From an uncultured Eubacteriales bacterium (lineage in GTDB: Bacteria > Bacillota > Clostridia > Peptostreptococcales > Anaerovoracaceae), in NCBI GenBank assembly GCA_900317675.1, contig ONHU01000002.1:10697-74696 (forward strand): 64,000 nt of DNA, in the 5' to 3' direction. Positions 31,966 to 39,993 of this stretch are shown piece after piece. Each line of letters begins with the position of its first letter. The first letter of the stretch is position 1. Under the pieces are notes generated by a model, which had not been told where the DNA came from, searched no databases, and worked only from the letters and a program-made list of their open reading frames with translations. The translations under genes and the position numbers were made by a program.

Positions 31966-32598
31966 ATGACAGAAAGAGAAAAAATGCTTGCCGGTATGCT
32001 TTACGATCCGGCCGACGAAGAAATCATGTCTGAACAGCTGACATACAAAGACAAGCTGTATGAGTACAACCATCTGCGCCCTTCAGAGGCCGCGCGCCGT
32101 GTGCAGCTTATGCGCGAGATGTTTGCGGAGTGTGGTGAAAACAACTACTTTGAAGCGCCGCTGAACGCCAACTGGGGAGGACACAATGTTTACCTCGGGT
32201 CCAACATCTATGCGAACTATAATCTGACACTTGTTGATGACGGCAGGATCTACATAGGCGACTGGTGCAAGTTCGGTCCCAATGTGACACTCGCTACTCC
32301 CGGTCACCCGGTGCTGCCCGAGCTTCGCAGAGGCAGACTCCTTCAGTTCAACAAAGACATCCATATTAAGGACAATGTCTGGATCGGCGCCGGCGCGGTA
32401 GTATGTCCCGGCGTAACGATCGGTGAAAACAGCGTCATAGGCGCCGGAAGTGTCGTGACCAGAGATATCCCGGCAAACGTAGTAGCTTATGGTAATCCGT
32501 GCAGAGTGAAACGTAAGATCAGCCGGCTCGACAGGGAGAGATTTTTCAGAGATGAGAGGATCGACTGGCGGGAGATCGAAAAACAGGATCTCAGATAA
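31966..32598 (+). CDS. maa: Maltose/galactoside O-acetyltransferase (hexapeptide repeat)
   Basis: MTEREKMLAGMLYDP start, hexapeptide repeats (IGDWCKFGPNVTL..., VWIGAGAVVCPGVTIGENSVIGAGSVV). The ORF-track start at 31933 is also possible. Confidence 0.75.
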   Translation: MTEREKMLAGMLYDPADEEIMSEQLTYKDKLYEYNHLRPSEAARRVQLMREMFAECGENNYFEAPLNANWGGHNVYLGSNIYANYNLTLVDDGRIYIGDWCKFGPNVTLATPGHPVLPELRRGRLLQFNKDIHIKDNVWIGAGAVVCPGVTIGENSVIGAGSVVTRDIPANVVAYGNPCRVKRKISRLDRERFFRDERIDWREIEKQDLR

Positions 32599-32631
32599 GC
32601 CGGCAGCAGATAGAAAAAGGAGGATATAGTC

Positions 32632-32820
32632 ATGTGCCTTTCAACTGTATACAGAAACGAAGTCAGCGATGCCAACATGCTCGCGAAGAATGTTGCGGAT
32701 GTGAGGATCGAAAACGGAAAGATCCTGTTCACGGATCTCATGGGGATCCGCACGGTTTTCGACGGAACTCTTGAAAAAGTGGATCTGATGGACAATTACA
32801 TCATCGTTAAGGATCTGTGA
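32632..32820 (+). CDS. CooT-family small protein (putative Ni-binding, N-terminal Met-Cys)
   Basis: 62 aa. MCLSTVY...V..VRIENGKILFTDLMG...VDLMDNYIIVKDL follows the CooT pattern (MC..a.vY, ...DL...I.l). GGAGGA RBS. Confidence 0.65.
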   Translation: MCLSTVYRNEVSDANMLAKNVADVRIENGKILFTDLMGIRTVFDGTLEKVDLMDNYIIVKDL

Positions 32821-32844
32821 TCTGATAGTAAAAGGGAGAAAGAT

Positions 32845-33984
32845 ATGTATTACAACAAGTTTCAGGATATCGAACTGTCAGCTCTCGGAATGGGCTGTAT
32901 GAGACTTCCGGTCATCGACGGCGATGACAACAGACCGGATGAAAAAGCTGTCTCCGAAATGGTCGATTATGCTATGGCAAACGGTATCAACTATTATGAT
33001 ACTGCATGGGGCTATCATGGAGGAAACAGCGAGACTGTTCTCGGCAAGGCCCTTGCAAAATACGATCATAAGGACTATTACATCGCATCGAAGTTCCCCG
33101 GCTATGACCTTTCCAATTTCGACAGGATCGAGGAGATCTTTGAAGCTCAGCTCGAAAAGTGCGGTGTGGACTATTTTGATTTCTATCTCTTCCACAATGT
33201 GTGCGAGATGAACATTGACAAGTACCTCGATGATGAGATCGGACTGCGCGATTTCCTGGTGAAACAGAAAGAAGCCGGACGCATCAGACATCTGGGATTC
33301 TCCTGCCATGGTACGCTTGAGACGATGCACAGATTCATTAAGAAATACTGGAGAGATCTTGAGTTCTGCCAGATCCAGCTCAACTATCTCGACTTCGAAT
33401 TCCAGGACGCAAGACTCAAGGTCGAAGAACTCAACAATCTCGGTATCCCTATCTGGGTAATGGAGGGACTCAGAGGCGGTAAGCTGGCTAAATCCTGCCT
33501 GGGAGCAGAGAAACTGCTTGCAAAGAGCAATCCTGAATGGACTCCGGCCAACTGGGCTTTTGCTTTCCTCGAATCAGTACCGGGAGTTACAATGATACTT
33601 TCAGGCATGTCGGATCTTGAGCAGCTGAAGCAGAATATTGAATTCTTCAGTGAGAAGAGGGAGATAAGTGATGATGATATCGCGACACTGCTGACTGCAG
33701 CTCACTTCGATGTGACAGGAAAGAATTCCGGAACCGTTCCTTGTACAGCCTGCAGATACTGCACCACACACTGCCCTCAGGGACTGGATATTCCGAGACT
33801 GCTCGCGCTGTACAATGAGCATGCGTACAGCGAAGGAGGCTTCATCGCGCCGATGGCACTTGCAGCCATCGATCCGGATAAACTGCCGTCGGCATGCATT
33901 GGATGCGGAGCCTGCGCGAAAGTCTGCCCTCAGCAGATCGATATACCGGGAACAATGAAAAAATTCACAGAGCTGCTCGGATAG
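32845..33984 (+). CDS. Aldo/keto reductase fused to a C-terminal 2x[4Fe-4S] ferredoxin-like domain
   Basis: 379 aa. GMGCMRLP, NYYDTAWGYH...SE (AKR), then CTACRYCTTHCP and CIGCGACAKVCP. Confidence 0.8.
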   Translation: MYYNKFQDIELSALGMGCMRLPVIDGDDNRPDEKAVSEMVDYAMANGINYYDTAWGYHGGNSETVLGKALAKYDHKDYYIASKFPGYDLSNFDRIEEIFEAQLEKCGVDYFDFYLFHNVCEMNIDKYLDDEIGLRDFLVKQKEAGRIRHLGFSCHGTLETMHRFIKKYWRDLEFCQIQLNYLDFEFQDARLKVEELNNLGIPIWVMEGLRGGKLAKSCLGAEKLLAKSNPEWTPANWAFAFLESVPGVTMILSGMSDLEQLKQNIEFFSEKREISDDDIATLLTAAHFDVTGKNSGTVPCTACRYCTTHCPQGLDIPRLLALYNEHAYSEGGFIAPMALAAIDPDKLPSACIGCGACAKVCPQQIDIPGTMKKFTELLG

Positions 33985-34010
33985 GACAAGCAGCCCGCAA
34001 ATGATGGCAA

Positions 34011-34043
34011 AGCCCGCAGACTGTTATTGTTTGCGGGTTTTTC
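34011..34043 (+). terminator. Intrinsic terminator after the AKR gene
   Basis: CCCGCAGAC-tgttatt-GTTTGCGGG followed by TTTTT. Confidence 0.6.
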
Positions 34044-34212
34044 ATTACTGACCGCCAATTCATAAAATGACGTGCGTAAGCCGTTTGTCCTTGAAAATAC
34101 ATTTCTCCTAGGTTACACTTTTAACAAAGATACGCAGGGACGCTTCGCCGGTCAGGCGGTGCGCCTCCGTGTCAATGGAGAGGGAAAGAAAGAAATAAGA
34201 AAGAGGTGTTCC

Positions 34213-35415
34213 ATGAAAGATCTTAAGCATCTTTTGTACTTTGAGGATCTCCTCCAGAATGCCAACAACGAACTGATCGAGCAGGCCCGTTCAGAGGGTC
34301 GTATCTGCGCAGCTTTCACTTGTGAAAATCTGCCTGAGCCTCTGATGAACCTCGGCAATGCCTTTTCAGTTCGTCTTTTTGCGCCTAATTCCGGCTCGCT
34401 GGATATTGCGACATATTATATGACCAATCTCCTGTGCGAGACGAGCCGCGCCCTTCTGGAGAGAGCGATTGAAGGAGGCTTTAATTTTGCCGACTGTCTG
34501 ATCGCCGCTGACGGATGCACTATGATGAACCGTGCGGCAGAGAATATGTGTCTTCTGAATACAATGGACGAAGACAAGAAGAAATTCTTCTATGAATTTA
34601 TGGAGATCCCGCTCAAGGCTGACGAAAACGGAGTGGAGCTGCTGGTGCTCCAGTGCAAAAACCACATACTGAAGCCGCTCAGCGAGAGATATGGAATAGA
34701 CGTTTCGGATGATGCGATACTCAAGGCTGTAGAAGAGCACAACGAAGTATGCAGACTCTTAAGAGAACTCGGTGAATTCCGCAAAGAAGAAGATCCGAGG
34801 ATCACAGGCTACGAGTTTGCTGTATTTACACTCGCATCCTACGTAGCGCCAAAATATCTTCTCATAGATAAACTCAGAGAGACCCTGGAGGAGGTCAGGA
34901 CAAGAGAGCCGGACGGCAAGAAGTGGCGCGCGCGCGTCATGGTAGTCGGCTCCGAGGTCGACGATGTCGCCTTCATCAAGCTCATCGAGGGATGCGATAC
35001 TTATGTATGCGCAGACAGATACTGCTTCGGATCATTCCCGGGCAGGGAACCGATCGTGATCGATCCTGCATCCGATGAGGATATCCTCACACAGGTCTGC
35101 CGCCATTACGTATACTGGGGCCAGTGTCCGCGTATGATGAACATGGACAAGGTCTACGGCCGCAAGAAATATGTCAACGATATAGCAAAAGAATATAACG
35201 CCGACGGAATCATCTATGAGCAGGTCAAGTTCTGCGACCCGTGGGCTTACGAGAGGATGCTCGGTTCACACATGCTCCGCGAGGATTACGGATTTCCTGT
35301 CCTCTCGGTAGACAGGCCGTACAATATCGCGTCCGGCGCCGGCCAGATGCGCACAAGAGTGCAGGCTTTCGTTGAGAGCATCGAGATCAAGAAGCTGCAG
35401 GGAGGTGAGAAGTAA
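34213..35415 (+). CDS. HAD/BCR-family component D small (beta-like) subunit, paralog 1 (S1)
   Basis: 400 aa from the ATG at 34213 (AAGAGG RBS; the ORF-track start at 34072 was rejected). MKDLKHLLYFEDLL. Conserved Cys in FTC, DGCT, KFCDPW. C-terminal RVQAFVESIEIKKLQ. Confidence 0.85.
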   Translation: MKDLKHLLYFEDLLQNANNELIEQARSEGRICAAFTCENLPEPLMNLGNAFSVRLFAPNSGSLDIATYYMTNLLCETSRALLERAIEGGFNFADCLIAADGCTMMNRAAENMCLLNTMDEDKKKFFYEFMEIPLKADENGVELLVLQCKNHILKPLSERYGIDVSDDAILKAVEEHNEVCRLLRELGEFRKEEDPRITGYEFAVFTLASYVAPKYLLIDKLRETLEEVRTREPDGKKWRARVMVVGSEVDDVAFIKLIEGCDTYVCADRYCFGSFPGREPIVIDPASDEDILTQVCRHYVYWGQCPRMMNMDKVYGRKKYVNDIAKEYNADGIIYEQVKFCDPWAYERMLGSHMLREDYGFPVLSVDRPYNIASGAGQMRTRVQAFVESIEIKKLQGGEK

Positions 35416-37019
35416 TGGCATACAAACGAATGAAAAAGATCGCCAACCCTAAAAGAAGAAAAGGCGAGCAGACGCTGGGACATCTCTATCCGACCAACGG
35501 CAAAAGCAAAGTTATGAGGCGCCGCGAATGGAGAGGTGTAAAGGATACCCTTTATGATTACACCAGATGGCTGTACATCATGTCTATCCTGGCAAGGTTC
35601 ATCTCCAAACCGAGAAACGTAAAAGCCATGTTCCGCTACAGATGGATGGCGAACTATCTGGCAGTTCCGCACATGATGGACAAGTTCACCCTCGGACTCC
35701 GCGATGAGCCTCTTCGCATCACACACACGGCAATGAATTTTGTCATCTACGATGTTGCCAAGACCATGGACAATATCTTCAGAGGAGACCGCAGGACAGG
35801 CAATGATGAAGAGTTCTCCCGTCACTGCGTTCTGACAGACGAAAATGCGATGACAGCATTCATGATGGGCTTTGACGAGACAAAGGCGATCCTCAGAGAG
35901 GTGCCTACCATGTTCGTTGCCAACCTGCTGACCCAGTATTCAACGACACACTATCTTGATGTCGCTCAGGAATTCGGACTTCCGGGAGATGTCTGCCCGA
36001 TGCCTGAGGCAGAAGCAGGAATATCCATCGATGACGACTTTGCTGTTCTCGGATGCTGCGCAGTTCAGGTCAACACCACCTGCGACGGTTCGCTTATGGG
36101 AAACGGCGTCATAGCAAGCAGACTCGAAAGAGAGTACGGAATCCCGACCTTCCAGCTGGCAGCTCCTATGCGCCACCGCGAGGATGACGTCCAGAAATAT
36201 GCTGCAGAGGATATCAAGGCAGCGATCAAATTCGTAGAAGACCATGCCGGCGAGAAGTGGAACTGGGACCGATACTTCGAATGCGCCAAGAGAGTCAATG
36301 ATGCTACCAGAAACAGGATGGAGTGGCTGGACATCAACAGCACATATTATCCGCAGTTCGTGGGATCTGTTTTCTCTCTCTACAATGATACTAACTACAT
36401 GGGCAACTGCGGCCGGTCAGAGCTCTTCCCGCCTATAGACAAGAAGATCATGAAGCTTGTCCATAAGGGCTACAAGAGAAAGACGATGATGGCTCCGGAG
36501 TACAGGCACAGATGCATCATCTGGGGCGTGCAGCCGCAGTACAACATCCACATGCTCTACTGGATGATCAACTGCTGGGGTGTACTGCCGCTGACGGACA
36601 TGCTGTCAATGGTCAACACCCGTATGATCGCAGAAGAGGATACTCCTGAAAACAGAGAACAGGCTTACTACGACATGGCATGGCTCAACGAAAACATGAT
36701 CATGCGTAACCGTACACACGGAGGATACAAAGTGCTCGTCGATGAGCTCTGGGAGTTCTGTGAGATGATGAACGCGGATATGGTCATGATGTGGGAACAC
36801 ATGTCATGCAAGGCGCTCGACGGACTTCACGGTATGTTCGAAGAGCAGGGCAGAGAGCGCGGCATCCATGTCGTATGGGTCTGTCACGATCTGTGCGACC
36901 CTCGTGTATACACACGCCAGGCGATCCGCGATGAGTTCAGTCAGTACATGAGAACAGTAATGCGCGAGGAGCCTATCGATCCGACGCTCGAAAACATACC
37001 TGATGAGAATATGTGGTAG
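35415..37019 (+). CDS. HAD/BCR-family component D large (alpha-like) subunit, paralog 1 (L1)
   Basis: 534 aa. Start overlaps the S1 stop (TAATG). GLPGDVCP, TCDGS, HMSCKALDG Cys motifs. Paralogous to L2 and L3. Confidence 0.8.
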   Translation: MAYKRMKKIANPKRRKGEQTLGHLYPTNGKSKVMRRREWRGVKDTLYDYTRWLYIMSILARFISKPRNVKAMFRYRWMANYLAVPHMMDKFTLGLRDEPLRITHTAMNFVIYDVAKTMDNIFRGDRRTGNDEEFSRHCVLTDENAMTAFMMGFDETKAILREVPTMFVANLLTQYSTTHYLDVAQEFGLPGDVCPMPEAEAGISIDDDFAVLGCCAVQVNTTCDGSLMGNGVIASRLEREYGIPTFQLAAPMRHREDDVQKYAAEDIKAAIKFVEDHAGEKWNWDRYFECAKRVNDATRNRMEWLDINSTYYPQFVGSVFSLYNDTNYMGNCGRSELFPPIDKKIMKLVHKGYKRKTMMAPEYRHRCIIWGVQPQYNIHMLYWMINCWGVLPLTDMLSMVNTRMIAEEDTPENREQAYYDMAWLNENMIMRNRTHGGYKVLVDELWEFCEMMNADMVMMWEHMSCKALDGLHGMFEEQGRERGIHVVWVCHDLCDPRVYTRQAIRDEFSQYMRTVMREEPIDPTLENIPDENMW

Positions 37020-37069
37020 AAATCCCGTCCCGCACAGACCGGCAGGACGCGAAGAAACAAGAAGAATCA

Positions 37070-37104
37070 AAAGAGAGATCCCGGAAACGGGATCTCTCTT
37101 GTTA
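37070..37104. terminator. Bidirectional terminator between L1 and the convergent lipoprotein gene
   Basis: AGAGAGATCCCG-gaaa-CGGGATCTCTCT: a 12-bp perfect stem with A-rich and T-rich flanks. Confidence 0.7.
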
Positions 37105-37124
37105 CATGAAACAGATCTCTTCTG

Positions 37125-38168
37125 TTACTGTGCCGTGAACGATGCCAGAAACTCTTCGAATACGGCCACATCGTCGTCTGTCAGAGCAGGGGCATCCGCG
37201 ATCAGATTGCCGTCAGAGTCATAGGAGCTCGCGCTCATGGTTATGATGTATAAAGCGCCGTCTGCCATAAAACCGGAAGTGCAGATGCGCAGGTTCCCAT
37301 CTGAATCAGGACGCTTCGATATGAAGCCCTCATTCCCCGCGATCGTAGTCGGATCTGCATCCTGCGCGTTTACGCTGTACTCCTCTTCAAGAGCAGCAGC
37401 CGCTTCCTCGCTTGATACATCGAGTTCAGTGTAGTCCGATTCATCAGTCTTGCTTATGCTGATGAGGAGGTTGTCCTTCGACATGTTGATAAATGAATCT
37501 GTGGTATCGGTAACCTCATATCCATCCGGTACAGTATATGTGAAAGCGCCGATGGAATTCTCCGGAATCCCTTTTTGCTGCATCGAAGCGCCGTCACCCG
37601 GCGTTACACTGGATATGATTTTATCGAATATTGCAACTTCGTCGCTGCCCAGAAGAGCCGCACCTTCTTTTGGCGTCCCGTCTTCTTCTACTGCGGACGG
37701 ATCGGCGAGTGTCAGTCTGTATACCGTGTCGTCATATATCCATGCTGCATTGAGATATAAATATTCGCCGTCTCCGGCTTTACGTTTGAGGTATACCGCG
37801 TCACTGCCGCAGATCTCAATTGACTCCTGCTCGAGATCATATTTGCTGATGTTTTCGTCAGAAGCTTTGCATACCTTATCGAAAAATTCCTGAACTGTCA
37901 TTTCGCTGTAGGCAGGGTCCAGGGACTCGAGAGCTCCCTCGGTGAGCATCTGGACGTTCAGGGAATATCCGCTGTCAGCGCCGCTGTATATAGAATAGCT
38001 GTCAGGCGCGAATTCAGTCAGTGACCAGTCGTCAGGCACAGTAAAAACGATGCTTCCGAGACCGGCATTGGCATCTGTATTCGACGGCTGTCCGCCTCCG
38101 CCGCATCCGGCGAATGAAAAAATCAGCGCAATGACTGAAAGCGCCACTATTATTTTTTTTCTTATCAT
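37125..38168 (-). CDS. Lipoprotein of unknown function (two internal repeats)
   Basis: 347 aa. MIRKKIIVALSVIALIFSFAGCGGG lipobox. Repeated FTVPDDW.../FTYTVPDGY... modules. AAGGAG RBS. Confidence 0.7.
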   Translation of the reverse strand: MIRKKIIVALSVIALIFSFAGCGGGGQPSNTDANAGLGSIVFTVPDDWSLTEFAPDSYSIYSGADSGYSLNVQMLTEGALESLDPAYSEMTVQEFFDKVCKASDENISKYDLEQESIEICGSDAVYLKRKAGDGEYLYLNAAWIYDDTVYRLTLADPSAVEEDGTPKEGAALLGSDEVAIFDKIISSVTPGDGASMQQKGIPENSIGAFTYTVPDGYEVTDTTDSFINMSKDNLLISISKTDESDYTELDVSSEEAAAALEEEYSVNAQDADPTTIAGNEGFISKRPDSDGNLRICTSGFMADGALYIITMSASSYDSDGNLIADAPALTDDDVAVFEEFLASFTAQ

Positions 38169-38235
38169 GATATGTCTCCTTATCTGAATCTTCCGTTTCT
38201 CTCGCGGAAGCCTGCAGCCCGGATCTCAGCCCGGA

Positions 38236-38556
38236 CTAACCGGCATTATTGATGAGAGAAAGAGCCTCCTCGATGAGGTCGTTGCTTTCGCCAAGCTTGT
38301 CGACAGCCTGATGGATCAGGTCACCGCTCACTTCGTCAAAGCAGTGAGCAAGATCATGAAGCTCCTCTGCATGGTGGCGGTTGTGGTTCAGCATATAGGT
38401 GAGAAGAGCCAGAGCTTCCTCAGGAGAAGAAGCAGGCGCGTGACTGTGTGAATGGACAGTGCCGTCCGCGTGTGTGTGGACATGAGTATGTCCGTCATGC
38501 TCATGCTCGTGCCTGACTGCATGTGTCGTTGTATCGTTTCCTTCTTTGCTGCACAT
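38236..38556 (-). CDS. Small histidine-rich putative metal-binding protein
   Basis: 106 aa from the ATG at 38556 (GGAGGA RBS). HAVRHEHEHDGHTHVHTHADGTVHSHSH followed by a helical LLTYMLNHNRHHAEELHDLAH. The longer ORF to 38871 would overlap the divergent gene. Confidence 0.6.
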   Translation of the reverse strand: MCSKEGNDTTTHAVRHEHEHDGHTHVHTHADGTVHSHSHAPASSPEEALALLTYMLNHNRHHAEELHDLAHCFDEVSGDLIHQAVDKLGESNDLIEEALSLINNAG

Positions 38557-38662
38557 GGTGATTCCTCCGCAGGTAGATTTTTTCTTGCAATTATTATAAT
38601 ATTCCATTAATGAGAGGTCTACAACCGGCTTTTTCGAAAAATCAGGAACCGGGAGAATACAT

Positions 38663-39622
38663 ATGGATAACATCATTGAATCGCGCCATAAACAGATAAA
38701 CGGAAAAATAGCGGTGATCGGACTGGGTGCTACAGGCTCGCCGATCGCGGATATGCTGTACCGGAAGTACGCGGACAGGTTTGTTCTGCTCTCGGACAGC
38801 AGGCATGCCGAAAGGCTCAGCAGCGGGCTTCTCCATATCAACGGCAGGACCTTCGATCCGGATGTGATCACGCCTGAGACCTATAACGGAGAAAAGATAG
38901 GGGTGCTTTTCATCTGCGTCAAGAATTACAGCATCGATGAAACGGCTGACCAGATCGCGGATATGATCGACGAAGATACGATACTCATGCCTCTGCAGAA
39001 CGGACTCTTCTCATACAACTATCTGAGAGAGCACCTTCCTGACAACATAGTCCTTGAAGGATTCGTACAGGGTCCCAATACAAGGATATACGGAAATGAC
39101 ATAGTATACCAGAATCCGGGAGTATATCATCTCGGGAAGAACTTCAGCGGAATGAAGGGTTATGCAAAGGCTGTATATGAGATCCTCCGGGATGCCGGAG
39201 TGCCATGCGTGCTGGAAGACGATATCAGACATGCTATCTGGTGCAAGCTGATGATCAATGTGGCCGGCAACGCGCTGACTGCTCTTACCGATCTTGACTA
39301 TGTCATGATCAGAAGCTCTGCGGAAGCGCAGAAGATCTGCCGCACGATCATGCAGGAGTACAAATTCGTAGCAGCTACGGAAGACGTCCTCATCACAGAG
39401 GCAGACATTTCCGAGGCGATGAACTATTTCATGACCTACAGCGAGTCAAAACTCACATCCATGCTCGAGGACGTCATGAACAAGAGGCAGACAGAGAACG
39501 AATTCATAGCCGGATACATCAAGCGGCTTGCCCAGAAGAATGGCGTGAACGCTCCGTTTATCGACATGCTCTACTCGATCATGCGCATCAAGGAAGATGT
39601 CTATCTCGGAAAGCTCAGATAG
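38663..39622 (+). CDS. 2-dehydropantoate 2-reductase family (PanE/ApbA) oxidoreductase, copy 1
   Basis: 319 aa. KIAVIGLGATGS Rossmann motif, VKNY, C-terminal SMLEDV...R.TE (ApbA_C). Confidence 0.78.
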   Translation: MDNIIESRHKQINGKIAVIGLGATGSPIADMLYRKYADRFVLLSDSRHAERLSSGLLHINGRTFDPDVITPETYNGEKIGVLFICVKNYSIDETADQIADMIDEDTILMPLQNGLFSYNYLREHLPDNIVLEGFVQGPNTRIYGNDIVYQNPGVYHLGKNFSGMKGYAKAVYEILRDAGVPCVLEDDIRHAIWCKLMINVAGNALTALTDLDYVMIRSSAEAQKICRTIMQEYKFVAATEDVLITEADISEAMNYFMTYSESKLTSMLEDVMNKRQTENEFIAGYIKRLAQKNGVNAPFIDMLYSIMRIKEDVYLGKLR

Positions 39623-39661
39623 CAGGAACAATATGCCGGAAACACTCATAAATAAGACCGG

Positions 39662-39697
39662 AAGGCCCTTGCGGAACCATCTCCGCAGGGCCTTTTA
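39662..39697 (+). terminator. Intrinsic terminator after PanE-like copy 1
   Basis: GGCCC(T)TGCGGA-acca/tc-TCCGCAGGGCC followed by TTTT. Confidence 0.7.
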
Positions 39698-39736
39698 TCT
39701 GTACGGGCGGTCATCAAAATAGTGCGCTGAACGCCT

Positions 39737-39750
39737 GGTCAGACCCCATA
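39737..39750 (+). repeat. Direct repeat copy 1, GGTCAGACCCCATA
   Basis: 14-nt exact repeat. Also the 5' arm of the inverted repeat GGTCAGA...TCTGACC (39737-39765). Confidence 0.6.
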
Positions 39751-39940
39751 TAGAGTATTCTGACCAAATGTAAAATAAAGTTCTAAAAAAATACAAAATT
39801 ACGGACAAAAACCCCCTGACGGGGATGCCATTTTCATTGACACATTAATCACAAGAGACTTAAAATATTACCAATAGTATAATGTTGGGAGTAGTGCGTC
39901 CGGAGGTATTTTTGTCTGTTTTTCAGACCGTTTTACTGCC

Positions 39941-39954
39941 GGTCAGACCCCATA
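39941..39954 (+). repeat. Direct repeat copy 2, GGTCAGACCCCATA
   Basis: Identical 14-mer, 40 nt upstream of the S2 start. Both copies are preceded by GCC(T/-)G and an AGTGCG element further upstream. Confidence 0.6.
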
Positions 39955-39993
39955 CAGACACTTTGTAATAAGAGGGAGGAAAGGTGACACACA

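Noticed and set aside
34072-34212. Upstream extensions offered by the ORF track for S1 (34072), htpG (43185), L2 (41144), parA (15514), the BMP lipoprotein (3226), prfA (57406), argC (57345) and the His-rich protein (38871).
   Set aside because: In each case an internal ATG or TTG with a proper GGAGG-type RBS yields the canonical N-terminus. The extensions overlap terminators, neighbouring genes or promoters.
39737-39954. GGTCAGA-containing repeats as CtsR heat-shock operators (GGTCAAA heptads).
   Set aside because: They are not tandem heptads with the required spacing, and the sequence differs from the CtsR consensus. They lie upstream of S2, not htpG.
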